From the NCBI GenBank assembly GCA_017991895.1, contig JAGOPR010000003.1, forward strand, positions 1 through 55,888: DNA of 55,888 nucleotides. The letters run 5' to 3'. Of the stretch, positions 1 to 9,381 are shown piece by piece. The notes under the pieces were generated by a model. That model was not told where the DNA came from. It searched no databases and was given only the letters and a program-made list of their open reading frames with translations. Made by a program: the position numbers and the translations under genes. Positions within the stretch are counted from its first letter, which is position 1. Each line of letters starts with the position of its first letter. Source of the stretch: Minisyncoccota bacterium (GTDB taxonomy: Bacteria; Patescibacteriota; Minisyncoccia; Phycocordibacterales; UBA9973).

Positions 1-2
1 TT

Positions 3-602
3 CTCCGTCAGGATCCAGACATAATAATGGTAGGAGAAATTCGAGATAGTGAAACAGCAAGTCTTGGAGTTAATGCTTCGCTTACTGGGCACCTTGTTCT
101 ATCTACAATACATACAAATTCGGCGGCGGGGGCTATCCCTCGTATGATTGATATGGGAGTTGAACCTTTTCTTCTAGTTTCCACTGTTAAGACGGTTATT
201 TCTCAGCGTCTAGTGCGAAAATTAACACCGGCTAAAACAAAGTACAATCTTACCGACGCCGAAATTAAAGCGATAGCAAAAGTAATTGATTTGGATCGCG
301 TCATGAAATTTTTGAAAGCCGAAAAAATTGTAGATGAAAAGGCGACGTGGGAAACTATTCCATTTTATAAGGCGAAGAAATCCGAGGATTCAGAAGACGG
401 ATACAAGGGGCGCTTAGGGATACACGAGGTGCTCTATGTGTCACCAGCAATCAAGGAACTTATTTTAAAAGGTGCATCACAAGACGAGTTGGAGAAACAA
501 GCGAAAGATGAAGGTATGATGACGCTGATTGAGGACGGGATGTTTCTTGCTGTTCAGGGTATGACTACGACTGAAGAGGTGCTACGCGTCGTGTCAGAGT
601 AA
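3..602 (+). CDS. pilB: Type IV pilus/T2SS assembly ATPase (PilB/GspE family), C-terminal part; 5' end is outside the window
   Basis: The frame is open from nt 3 ([15 protein letters not shown]). GspE-type motifs [12 protein letters not shown] and ISQRLVRKL are present. pilC follows. Confidence 0.9.
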   Translation, partial: LRQDPDIIMVGEIRDSETASLGVNASLTGHLVLSTIHTNSAAGAIPRMIDMGVEPFLLVSTVKTVISQRLVRKLTPAKTKYNLTDAEIKAIAKVIDLDRVMKFLKAEKIVDEKATWETIPFYKAKKSEDSEDGYKGRLGIHEVLYVSPAIKELILKGASQDELEKQAKDEGMMTLIEDGMFLAVQGMTTTEEVLRVVSE

Positions 603-727
603 ATTCCAGCACGACGCGTAAGAGCAAAGATAAAAAAGAAAAATTAAAAGAAACATGCAAAACAAAACACACAAAAGAATTTGAATTTATCTTTACTCTT
701 TTCTCTTTTAATTTTTATCTAATTAAT

Positions 728-1945
728 ATGCAATTTAAATATAAAGCACGGGATGCACAAGGAGGAGTTATTGAAGGAGTGATAGAATCTCCGGACCGTC
801 TTTCAGCTGCGAAGGACTTGAGGGCGCAACAGCTTTTACCGGTTTCTATAAATTCTGAATCTGACCAGAAAAAAAATCTCGGTTCGATACAGATTTTTCC
901 GCAGAAGATCAAACTTCGAGAAAAAATAGTTTTTACTCACAACCTGTCAGGAATGCTTTCAGCAGGACTGTCTTTGTATCGCTCGATTGAGGTCATGCAA
1001 AAGCAGAATAAAAATCCTGCACTCGGCAAGGTTCTCGAAGGATTGCTCGCAATCGTAAATTCAGGAGGTACGTTTTCAGATGCTCTCGCTAAGTATCCGA
1101 AAGTTTTTTCAACACTCTTTGTCTCAATGGTTCGTGCGGGTGAAGAATCTGGGAACCTTGCCACTGCACTTAAGGAAGTAGGGACAAGTCTTGAAAAGGC
1201 GTACAATCTCAACCGGAAAATAAAAGGAGCGATGATGTATCCGGCTATTATCGTTATCGCGATTCTTATTATTGGAATTTTGATGCTTGTATTCGTCGTA
1301 CCAACGCTTACAAAAGTATTTAAGGATTTTGGTACGGAGCTTCCCGCTTCAACAAAATTTATAATTGCGGTATCAGACGCGGCAGCGAACCACCCAATAT
1401 TACTATTGCTAGGGATAGCAATAGTAACCACGGGGCTCATGTTTCTTTTTAAGGCGAAGAGTATGCAACATACAAAAGATACACTCGTGCTCAAACTTCC
1501 AGTGATAGGTGAAATTGTAAAGGAGGTAAACGCAGCTCGTACAGCACGCACACTTTCTTCGCTTTTGGCATCAGGGGTAGAGATGACTCGGGCACTTAGT
1601 ATTACACAAGAGGTTCTGCAAAATGGATATTATAAAGATGTTCTTGCTAGAGCTAGCGTCGCAGTCCAGAAAGGCGAAGCCCTCTCAAGTATTTTTAAAG
1701 CAGAGACAAAGCTTTACCCAATAATGTTAGGTGAGATGATGGCGGTTGGGGAAGAGACAGGATCTCTGACTTCAATGCTTAATGATGTTGCGATATTTTA
1801 TGAAGAGGAAGTGGACGAGAAAACGAAAGACCTCTCAACTATAATCGAGCCAGTTCTCATGGTGTTTATTGGGGGAGCTGTAGGATTTTTTGCAGTTTCT
1901 ATGATTCAACCGATGTATGGTTTGGTTAGCGGATTTGGTGGTTAA
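728..1945 (+). CDS. pilC: Type IV pilus/T2SS platform protein (PilC/GspF family)
   Basis: 405 aa with two GspF-like repeats (MLSAGLSLYRSIE, LLASGVEMTRALS) and three TM segments. It is adjacent to pilB. Confidence 0.9.
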   Translation: MQFKYKARDAQGGVIEGVIESPDRLSAAKDLRAQQLLPVSINSESDQKKNLGSIQIFPQKIKLREKIVFTHNLSGMLSAGLSLYRSIEVMQKQNKNPALGKVLEGLLAIVNSGGTFSDALAKYPKVFSTLFVSMVRAGEESGNLATALKEVGTSLEKAYNLNRKIKGAMMYPAIIVIAILIIGILMLVFVVPTLTKVFKDFGTELPASTKFIIAVSDAAANHPILLLLGIAIVTTGLMFLFKAKSMQHTKDTLVLKLPVIGEIVKEVNAARTARTLSSLLASGVEMTRALSITQEVLQNGYYKDVLARASVAVQKGEALSSIFKAETKLYPIMLGEMMAVGEETGSLTSMLNDVAIFYEEEVDEKTKDLSTIIEPVLMVFIGGAVGFFAVSMIQPMYGLVSGFGG

Positions 1946-1946
1946 T

Positions 1947-2420
1947 ATGATAAAAAATATGAATAAAACACGAGGTTTTACACTTCCAGAAATTCTAGTT
2001 GGAATTGCAATAATGGCTGTAATTGCAACACTTATCGCGGTGAATGTTTCTAGTTTTATACAAGGGCAAGCCTTAAATAATGCAGTAGACGAAGTAACGG
2101 TATTGCTAAATGATGCGCGTACGCGTACTCTTTCGGCCTCTGGGAGTAACTATTACGGAGTTCGTCTCGAAAGTACAAAGGCAACGCTTTTTCTCGGTCC
2201 AACTTATTCAAGTGGAACGTCAACTAATAAAGTTTACACGCCACACTCAAGTATTGTTTTATCATCGATCACTTTGAATGGAGGTGGAGCAGATGTTTTT
2301 TTTGACCCAGTAAATGGTGATACGAGCAACTATGGTACACTTATCGTGAAGAGGTCCTCCACAACTAGCGGTCAAAAAACTATAACGATAACAAAGACAG
2401 GCCTTGTTAGTAGTAATTAA
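1947..2420 (+). CDS. Prepilin-type (class III signal) pilin/pseudopilin
   Basis: The in-frame ATG at 1947 gives MIKNMNKTRG|FTLPEILVGIAIMAVIA, with G-1, E+5 and a hydrophobic helix. The track start at 1917 overlaps pilC. Confidence 0.8.
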   Translation: MIKNMNKTRGFTLPEILVGIAIMAVIATLIAVNVSSFIQGQALNNAVDEVTVLLNDARTRTLSASGSNYYGVRLESTKATLFLGPTYSSGTSTNKVYTPHSSIVLSSITLNGGGADVFFDPVNGDTSNYGTLIVKRSSTTSGQKTITITKTGLVSSN

Positions 2421-2425
2421 ATTTA

Positions 2426-2917
2426 ATGTACCGAAGAAAAAAAACACAAACTGGTTTTAGTTTGGTAGAAGTACTTGTGGCAGCAAGTATTTTGTCTGCA
2501 TCACTTCTTTCCGTGATTGCGATTGCTGGAAAATCGATCGTTATTTCTCATCGTTCTGTAAGTACATACGTAGCATCTACACTTCTGGAAGAAGGCGGGG
2601 AGGCTGTTCGGACAATACGCGATGCGAATTGGACAAATATTTCTGCTTTAACTGCCGGGACGACGTATTATCCAAAATTTGATACAGGTACAAATACATG
2701 GTCACTTACCACGACCTCGTCTGACGGCATTGTTGGGGTGTATACGAGATCAGTCGTGACATCGGCAGTAACACGCGACGGATCAAGCAACATTGCCTCG
2801 TCGGGCACAGCAGATGCTGGTACAAAACTTGTCACAGTTACGGTTTCATGGAAAGAAGGCGAGGGTTCGACCCTTTCTAAAACGCTTTCATTTTATATTT
2901 CAAACATATTTAGCTAA
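2426..2917 (+). CDS. Prepilin-type minor pilin
   Basis: N-terminus KKTQTG|FSLVEVLVAASIL (G-1, E+5). Same operon. Confidence 0.8.
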   Translation: MYRRKKTQTGFSLVEVLVAASILSASLLSVIAIAGKSIVISHRSVSTYVASTLLEEGGEAVRTIRDANWTNISALTAGTTYYPKFDTGTNTWSLTTTSSDGIVGVYTRSVVTSAVTRDGSSNIASSGTADAGTKLVTVTVSWKEGEGSTLSKTLSFYISNIFS

Positions 2918-2919
2918 CT

Positions 2920-3489
2920 ATGAATTTTATAAATTCAAATTTTTTCAATAAGAACCTGCAAGCTGAAACCTGCAAGCTGAAACCTGTTCAAGGCGGGTAT
3001 TCGTTTGTTGAAACGATAGTTTATCTTGCACTTTTTGTGACTGTTTCGGTCGTATTGATAGGCAGTCTGTTTAGTATGATGAAGATTTATACTGAAACGA
3101 GAGTGGACAATGATCTACTCGATTCGGCCCATGTATCTATGGAAAGAATGACGCGCGAAATCCGTGGAGCGACGAGCATCGATACTAGTGCAAGTACGCT
3201 AGGTACAAGCCCTGGGGTTTTAAAATTAAATTCAACGACGTCCGGTGGCTCGGCAAAGACCGTTCAGTTCTCGTTGTCATCCGGAGTATTGAAACTTACA
3301 GATAGTACAGACGGTACTGCTAGAGATGTTACTGGGAGTAAAACCTCAGTTACTTCATTAATTTTCAGAAATATTACTACAACAAATGGTAATGCTGTTC
3401 GCATCGAGATCACAATTCAATCAACGCGCTCAGGTTCAGCGAAAACTATAACTTTGTATAATACGGTTGCGCTTCGAGGGTCATATTAA
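2920..3489 (+). CDS. Prepilin-type minor pilin with a long leader
   Basis: VQGG|YSFVETIVYLALFV. The leader contains a 14-nt tandem repeat at 2953-2986. Confidence 0.7.
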   Translation: MNFINSNFFNKNLQAETCKLKPVQGGYSFVETIVYLALFVTVSVVLIGSLFSMMKIYTETRVDNDLLDSAHVSMERMTREIRGATSIDTSASTLGTSPGVLKLNSTTSGGSAKTVQFSLSSGVLKLTDSTDGTARDVTGSKTSVTSLIFRNITTTNGNAVRIEITIQSTRSGSAKTITLYNTVALRGSY

Positions 3490-3496
3490 AAACACC

Positions 3497-5296
3497 ATGG
3501 AACTAACATCAAACATCAAACACCAAACATCAAAGCAAGAACGCGGGGCAGCGATGATAATTGCTCTATTATTTTTTGTCGTATCTTCAGTATTCGTAAC
3601 TAATGGTTTGACAGGACCTACTGCCCGTGAATATCGTACGGCGAATGAGTCCCTAACTTCAAAGCAGGGATATTTTCTTTCAGAATCTGGCGTCGAGGAT
3701 GCATTTTATCGTTTAAAAAACAGTATGACTCTTCCTTCCAGCACGACTATTACACTAAACGGAGGAAGTGCCACAACGATAGTTACTGATCTTGGCGGTG
3801 GGGCTAAACAGATATCAAGCGACGGCGTTGCTGGTGAGAGTAACAGGTCAGTTGATTTGCGTGTTGCTACAGGTGCTGGAATTTCATTTAATTACGGTGT
3901 TCAAGTTGGAGAAGGCGGGCTTGATTTACAAGGCTCTGGTACCGTGATAGGTAATGTGTATGCTAACGGGCCGATTACAGGAGATAGCTCGGGAATTATT
4001 ACTGGTACAGCAACTTCTGCAAACTCACCTGCACTTACGGCAGATCAATCAAATGGATCTGGTACACCGGCAAACAATATTATGTTTGGAAACGCATCAA
4101 GTACGCAAGACATTGCGCAAAGTTTTGAACTTGCGACATCAAGTCCAATCAATAAAATACAACTTTATATAAAGAAAGTAGGTTCTCCGTCTAATGCAAC
4201 TGTAAAAATCATGAATGATGTTTCTGGCTCGCCTGGGACTGTCCAATACGCTTCTGGAACACTAACTGCTTCGACTGTAACAACATCGTATGGATGGATT
4301 GATATTGCTTTAACATCAAGTCCAGTGCTTTCAACAGCAACTCCATATTGGATTGTCGTTGATGCTTCAAATTCAACTACAAAATATTATGTTGTCGGTG
4401 CTTCAACGGGGGGCTATGCAAGTGGTATTGCAAAAATTGGTCAATCACCAAGTACTTGGGGGGCAACGACTCCTTCGACTGCGGACTTATTCTTTAAGAT
4501 TTACCTCGGTGGCTTTACTGGTCTTATTCGTGGAAATTCTGGTAGCGTTTGGAACCCGCTTCATATTGGAACGGTTTCGGGAAATGCTTATGCGAATACG
4601 ATAAATTATACAAATGTAACTGGAACAGCCTATTGTACTAGTGGTGGAAATACAACATCAAGCGGTACAGTGACACCATGTACCCCTGCAACTGACCCAA
4701 CGTTTCAACCGTTTCCTATTTCAGATGCAAATATTGCAAGTTGGAAAAGTGACGCAAGTGCAGGTGGAATTATAACAGGAGCATATTCAGTAGGTTGGGC
4801 AGGGGCAACTCTTGGTCCAAAGGAAATAACAGGAAATCTTACAGTTTCGGGTGGAGGAATCCTAACAGTTTCCGGACCGCTCTATGTAAAAGGCAATTTA
4901 ACGTTGAGTGGCGGGGCTGACATTGTTCTTGCTTCAAGTTATGGGACCAATGATGGTGTGATTGTTGTCGACGGGACAATCAGTATTTCTGGAGGAGGGC
5001 ATGCAACAGGTTCAGGTACGACAGGGAGTTACATTATGATTTTAACAACTAATACGAGCCTAAATACCACAACACCAGCAGCTTTGATTTCAGGCGGGGC
5101 AGGTGCTGTTATTGTTTATGCTCCGAATGGACTTGCTAAAATTACAGGGGGAGCTTCACTTAAAGAAATAACGGCATATCAAGTTAAAATTGATGGTGGT
5201 TCAACACTTACCTACGAAACTGGCTTGGCAAATTTGAACTTTTCGAGTGGTCCATCGGGTTCTTACACTGTAAGTGAATGGAAAGAAGGGCAATAA
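3497..5296 (+). CDS. PilX-like minor pilin N-terminus fused to a large Gly/Thr-rich beta-helix-like body (putative pilus-tip/adhesin protein)
   Basis: The ATG at 3497 (MELTSN...) lies after the previous stop. KQERGAAMIIALLFFVV resembles the PilX N-terminus and lacks E+5. Repeats such as GNVYANGPITGD and ITGNLTVSGGGILTVSGPLYVKGNLTLSGG are present. Confidence 0.65.
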   Translation: MELTSNIKHQTSKQERGAAMIIALLFFVVSSVFVTNGLTGPTAREYRTANESLTSKQGYFLSESGVEDAFYRLKNSMTLPSSTTITLNGGSATTIVTDLGGGAKQISSDGVAGESNRSVDLRVATGAGISFNYGVQVGEGGLDLQGSGTVIGNVYANGPITGDSSGIITGTATSANSPALTADQSNGSGTPANNIMFGNASSTQDIAQSFELATSSPINKIQLYIKKVGSPSNATVKIMNDVSGSPGTVQYASGTLTASTVTTSYGWIDIALTSSPVLSTATPYWIVVDASNSTTKYYVVGASTGGYASGIAKIGQSPSTWGATTPSTADLFFKIYLGGFTGLIRGNSGSVWNPLHIGTVSGNAYANTINYTNVTGTAYCTSGGNTTSSGTVTPCTPATDPTFQPFPISDANIASWKSDASAGGIITGAYSVGWAGATLGPKEITGNLTVSGGGILTVSGPLYVKGNLTLSGGADIVLASSYGTNDGVIVVDGTISISGGGHATGSGTTGSYIMILTTNTSLNTTTPAALISGGAGAVIVYAPNGLAKITGGASLKEITAYQVKIDGGSTLTYETGLANLNFSSGPSGSYTVSEWKEGQ

Positions 5297-5373
5297 GGGA
5301 AAACACCAAAAATCAAATATCAAACATTAAAATATGGCCACTTCAAATTTGAAGTTTGGCGTTTTCTTCATCA

Positions 5374-5382
5374 TGCTATAAT
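5374..5382 (+). promoter_or_regulatory. Extended -10 box (TGCTATAAT) 6 nt upstream of the tpiA ATG; candidate leaderless promoter
   Basis: TGCTATAAT at 5374-5382 and ATG at 5389. Confidence 0.4.
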
Positions 5383-5388
5383 TGGGAA

Positions 5389-6159
5389 ATGCAAAAGAAG
5401 AAAATAATAATCGGCAATTGGAAAATGAATCCAGCTTCAGTTAAAGAAGCAAAGAGCCTTTTTCTCCAGATTAAAAAGGAAGCAATCAAATATAAGAACG
5501 TAACGGCCGTAATATCGGCTCCTTTTGTATATTTGCCAGACCTTGGGAAACTTTCCTCAGCAGGACTTGCTCTAGCCTCACAAAATATGAGTGCGGAAAA
5601 AGAAGGAGCCTTTACGGGGGAGGTTTCAGCGAGAATGCTTATTGGTTGTAAAGTTAAATACAGTATTCTTGGACATTCAGAACGAAGAGCTCTAGGCGAG
5701 ACAAATGAGTTTATAAATAAGAAGATAAAGCTCGCACTTCAAGAGGGTATCACTCCGATATTGTGTATTGGGGAAGTTGAACGTGATCAAGGCATGTGGC
5801 ATTTAGGTATAATCAAAACTCAAATCGAGGAATGTTTTGCTGGTGTTTCAAAAGCCTCGATAAATAAAATAATTGTTGCCTACGAACCAGTCTGGGCACT
5901 TTCAACTACAAAAAACAGACGTGATGCTACTCCGGAAGATTCTTCTGAGATGATAATTTATATAAAAAAAGTTTTGTCTGATATGTTTGATGCGAAGTCG
6001 GTTGATGGAGTTAAGGTTCTTTATGGGGGTTCTGTAAATGATACGAACGCTAATGAATTTCTTACGCAAGGTAAAGCCGACGGGCTTCTTCCAGGTAAGG
6101 CGAGCCTAACACCGAAAATTTTTACAAATATTTTGAAAATTGCTAATGAAATCCGTTAA
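5389..6159 (+). CDS. tpiA: Triosephosphate isomerase
   Basis: KKIIIGNWKMN, ILGHSERR and AYEPVWA motifs. I prefer the ATG at 5389 over the TTG at 5356. Confidence 0.9.
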   Translation: MQKKKIIIGNWKMNPASVKEAKSLFLQIKKEAIKYKNVTAVISAPFVYLPDLGKLSSAGLALASQNMSAEKEGAFTGEVSARMLIGCKVKYSILGHSERRALGETNEFINKKIKLALQEGITPILCIGEVERDQGMWHLGIIKTQIEECFAGVSKASINKIIVAYEPVWALSTTKNRRDATPEDSSEMIIYIKKVLSDMFDAKSVDGVKVLYGGSVNDTNANEFLTQGKADGLLPGKASLTPKIFTNILKIANEIR

Positions 6160-7264
6160 ATCAATAAAAAATATAAAAGGTAAGTATGTACTTGTACGTA
6201 CTGATTTTAATGTACCAACCAAGGGTTTTAAGGTTCTTGATAAGACACGTATTATAGTTGCTCTCCCAACAATTAACTTGCTTAGAAAAAAAGGGGCTAG
6301 AATTATACTAATAAGTCATATTGGCCGTAAACCTGAGGAGTCACTTAAGCCTGTATATAAAATACTCAATAAGTATTTACCTGTTAAGTTTATGCCAAGT
6401 ATTTTGGGCGAGGGCGTAGAGAAGGTCGTGTCACATATGAAAAATGGCGAGGTTTTACTTTTGGAAAATTTGAGAAGTAACAGTGCTGAGAAGGAAGGGG
6501 ATTTGGCTTTTGCGAAAGAGATAGCATCACTCGCAGACGCGTATGTAAATGAGGCTTTTCCAGTTTCACATCGCACGGACGCATCTATCGTGGGTATTCC
6601 AAAATATTTACCAAGTTACGCAGGTCTTCAACTTGAACGAGAAGTTAAACAACTCTCAAAAGTGCTTAAGCCGAAGAGACCTTTTCTTTTTATACTTGGC
6701 GGAGCAAAAATTGAAACTAAGCTACCGATAATGAAACAGTATTTAAAGACGGCAGATAATGTATTTATTGGGGGGGTTCTTGCCAACAATTTTTTTAAGG
6801 CACAAGGGAAAAATATAGGCGCTTCAAAATATGATGCAGGTGCTTCTTCTATAAAATCATTTCTTAACAACAAGAAACTTATTATTCCAAAAACTATAGT
6901 TGTCGCGGAGTCAGGTAAGAAGTCAAGAAATATTTCAACCGACGAAGTTGGTGACAAGGAAATGATTCTTGATATCGGGCTCCCTAGTATTGAGGCACTT
7001 TCACCTGTTATAGCAAAAGCTAAACTTATTCTTTGGAACGGTCCAATGGGGTACTACGAAGGAGGATACACAAAGGCGACAGAGCTTCTTTTAAACTTAC
7101 TCGCAAAATCAAAGGCAGAAACTATTATTGGCGGAGGAGACACGTCTGTTCTTGTTGAGAAAAAAAAGATGGCACACAAGTTTACTTTTGTTTCAACTGG
7201 TGGCGGAGCAACGCTGGATTTTCTAGCAAAAGGAACGCTACCGGGAATTAAAGCTCTAAAATAA
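6146..7264 (+). CDS. pgk: Phosphoglycerate kinase
   Basis: VLVRTDFNVP, LLENLRSN, and GGGDT/STGGGA motifs. It overlaps the tpiA end. The ATG at 6146 is in frame with the TTG at 6140. Confidence 0.9.
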   Translation: MKSVKSIKNIKGKYVLVRTDFNVPTKGFKVLDKTRIIVALPTINLLRKKGARIILISHIGRKPEESLKPVYKILNKYLPVKFMPSILGEGVEKVVSHMKNGEVLLLENLRSNSAEKEGDLAFAKEIASLADAYVNEAFPVSHRTDASIVGIPKYLPSYAGLQLEREVKQLSKVLKPKRPFLFILGGAKIETKLPIMKQYLKTADNVFIGGVLANNFFKAQGKNIGASKYDAGASSIKSFLNNKKLIIPKTIVVAESGKKSRNISTDEVGDKEMILDIGLPSIEALSPVIAKAKLILWNGPMGYYEGGYTKATELLLNLLAKSKAETIIGGGDTSVLVEKKKMAHKFTFVSTGGGATLDFLAKGTLPGIKALK

Positions 7265-7269
7265 AACTA

Positions 7270-7294
7270 AAAAATGCCCTATAGGGCATTTTTT
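7270..7294. terminator. Bidirectional intrinsic terminator (pgk / HIT gene)
   Basis: AAAAATGCCC-TATA-GGGCATTTTT. It overlaps the last codons of the HIT gene. Confidence 0.7.
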
Positions 7295-7686
7295 AGTTTG
7301 AGGGCTATTTTTTGCATTTCGCCTTCATTATATGGAGTGCCGTGCCAAAGCTTTTGTCCGTCACCTTCATGGCGGGGGATTACATGCATGTGTGCGTGAA
7401 AGATAACCTGTCCAGCGGTTGCCCCATTATTCATTGCTAAATTGAAATCACTAACACCTAGTCCTTTTTCAATACCATGTGCTACCTTTTTGACTGTTTT
7501 CATTACTTCCAGCATAACTTCTTCGGGGGCTTCGAGTGTATTTACATAATGAGATTTAGGAATAACAAGAGTATGCCCCGGGTTTACAGGTTTAATATCA
7601 AGAAACGCCAAAGTTGTTTCGTTCTCGTATATTTTTTCGCAAGGTATTTCACCTGTGATTATTTTACAAAATAGACAATCGTTCAT
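7279..7686 (-). CDS. HIT-family (histidine triad) hydrolase
   Basis: MNDCLFCKII start at 7686 and the HAHMHVIP triad. The longer track start at 7722 would overlap recJ. Confidence 0.85.
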   Translation of the reverse strand: MNDCLFCKIITGEIPCEKIYENETTLAFLDIKPVNPGHTLVIPKSHYVNTLEAPEEVMLEVMKTVKKVAHGIEKGLGVSDFNLAMNNGATAGQVIFHAHMHVIPRHEGDGQKLWHGTPYNEGEMQKIALKLKNAL

Positions 7687-7707
7687 ACCTATAGAGTATA
7701 TGCTAAA

Positions 7708-9369
7708 ATGCTTCCTATGCAATCTGACCTGCTCGACATACTACTCTCAAATCGAGGGGTAAAATCTCCTGAAGAAAAAGCGCGATTTATAAAGCCAGAA
7801 TATGAGCGTGATATGCACGACCCTTTCTTAATGAATGATATGGGGAAGGCGGTACTTAGAGTTTTTAACGCGATAAATGATAATGAAAAAATAGTCGTTT
7901 ATGCAGATTATGACTGCGACGGAATTCCGGGGGCGGTTATTCTCCACGATCTTCTTAAGAAAACAGGCTATGAGAATTTTATCGTTTACATTCCCGATCG
8001 ACATGAAGAAGGTTACGGTCTCAATCGCGACGCTATCGAAAGTTTTATAAAAGACGATGTAAAACTCATTGTTACTATTGATCTAGGAACAACTGACCAT
8101 GAAGACATTGCTTATGCAGAAAAAAAAGGGATAAACGTAATTGTAACTGATCATCACTTACCGCACGCAACACTTCCACAGGCTTACGCCCTCGTTAATC
8201 CCAAAATTGGAGATACTTATCCAGAAAAAATGCTCTGTGGAGCTGGTGTAATGTTTAAATTTGTTCAGGCCTTTCTCAAGAAATACGGTGAGCATTTCGG
8301 TGTTGCGGTTGGGTGGGAAAAGTGGCTTCTTGATATGGCTGGAATTGCCACGCTTTCCGACATGGTGCCACTTACTGGCGAGAATAGAGTGATTGCACGT
8401 TTTGGAATGCAAGTCCTTCGAAAATCTCCGCGTCCGGGACTTCAACAACTTTTACGAAAATTAAAGATTGACCAGCGCTATCTTGTGGAAGAAGACATTA
8501 CATTTATGATTGCTCCACGACTTAATGCAGCAAGCCGTATGGACTCTCCAATGCGGGCGTTTGAACTTCTTTCAGAAAAAGACACACTCAAAGCTGGAAT
8601 GCTTGCAGAACATCTGACAAAAATAAATGACGAGAGAAAAAGTCTTGTCGCCCAAATAATGAAAGAAGTAAAACATAAGTTGAGTGAACGAGACCTCGGT
8701 CCGGTTATTGTTGTCGGTAATCCGTCATGGCGTGTAGGCGTACTTGGCCTTGTGGCGGGCAAAATTTGTGATGAATATGATCGGCCAGTCTTTGTTTGGG
8801 GCAGGCCGTCTGGAGATATAACAATCGTGAAAGGGTCGTGTCGGTCAAACGGTTCAGTCAATGTAGTAACACTAATGGAGCATGCCAAGGAGCATTTTCT
8901 TGATTTTGGTGGGCACGAGCTCGCAGGAGGATTTTCTGCGTCAAATGATAGTGTGCATTTTCTGGAAGAAAAACTTACCACTTCTTTTGTTGAGGTTGGG
9001 CAAGAAAATGTTGTAAATAAAACAGATATTATTGATGCCGTCCTCTCACTTTCAGACGTAAACGAAGCGACACATAGTACTGTTTCGACGCTTGCCCCAT
9101 TTGGCCTTGGTAATGCAAAGCCGACATTCTCATTTCTCGATGTGGTAGTAAAAAAGGCAAAGCAATTCGGCAAAGAAAAAAATCATCTCGAGTTAATACT
9201 TTCTGATCATACTAATATTGAGAAGACTGCTATCGCTTTTTTCTCTGATGATAAAACTTTTAGTAAACAAATAGAGGAGGGTGACTCGGTTCATTTGAAA
9301 GGGACACTTGAGAAGTCATACTTTGCAGGTCGGACAACATTACGTTTACGTATTTCAGATATAGAGTAA
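7708..9369 (+). CDS. recJ: Single-stranded-DNA-specific exonuclease RecJ (DHH family)
   Basis: YADYDCDGIPG and VTDHHLP (DHH) motifs, with a DHHA1-like C-terminal part. The start could be 7717, because TGCTAAAAT lies at 7701-7709. Confidence 0.85.
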   Translation: MLPMQSDLLDILLSNRGVKSPEEKARFIKPEYERDMHDPFLMNDMGKAVLRVFNAINDNEKIVVYADYDCDGIPGAVILHDLLKKTGYENFIVYIPDRHEEGYGLNRDAIESFIKDDVKLIVTIDLGTTDHEDIAYAEKKGINVIVTDHHLPHATLPQAYALVNPKIGDTYPEKMLCGAGVMFKFVQAFLKKYGEHFGVAVGWEKWLLDMAGIATLSDMVPLTGENRVIARFGMQVLRKSPRPGLQQLLRKLKIDQRYLVEEDITFMIAPRLNAASRMDSPMRAFELLSEKDTLKAGMLAEHLTKINDERKSLVAQIMKEVKHKLSERDLGPVIVVGNPSWRVGVLGLVAGKICDEYDRPVFVWGRPSGDITIVKGSCRSNGSVNVVTLMEHAKEHFLDFGGHELAGGFSASNDSVHFLEEKLTTSFVEVGQENVVNKTDIIDAVLSLSDVNEATHSTVSTLAPFGLGNAKPTFSFLDVVVKKAKQFGKEKNHLELILSDHTNIEKTAIAFFSDDKTFSKQIEEGDSVHLKGTLEKSYFAGRTTLRLRISDIE

Positions 9370-9381
9370 GCTTTTGATACA

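Noticed and set aside
937-1551. Long antisense ORFs opposite well-supported genes: 937-1551, 8478-9173, 15167-15973, 17116-17460, 30785-31483, 35802-36593, 36248-36691, 40872-41399 and 41751-42098, plus many 60-120-aa ORFs inside fusA, tuf, pgk and the MurD fusion.
   Set aside because: Each lies entirely within, and antisense or out of frame to, a CDS with clear family motifs. Their sequences are low-complexity or Ser/Pro/Arg-rich, which is typical of shadow frames. They have no independent promoter, terminator or motif support.
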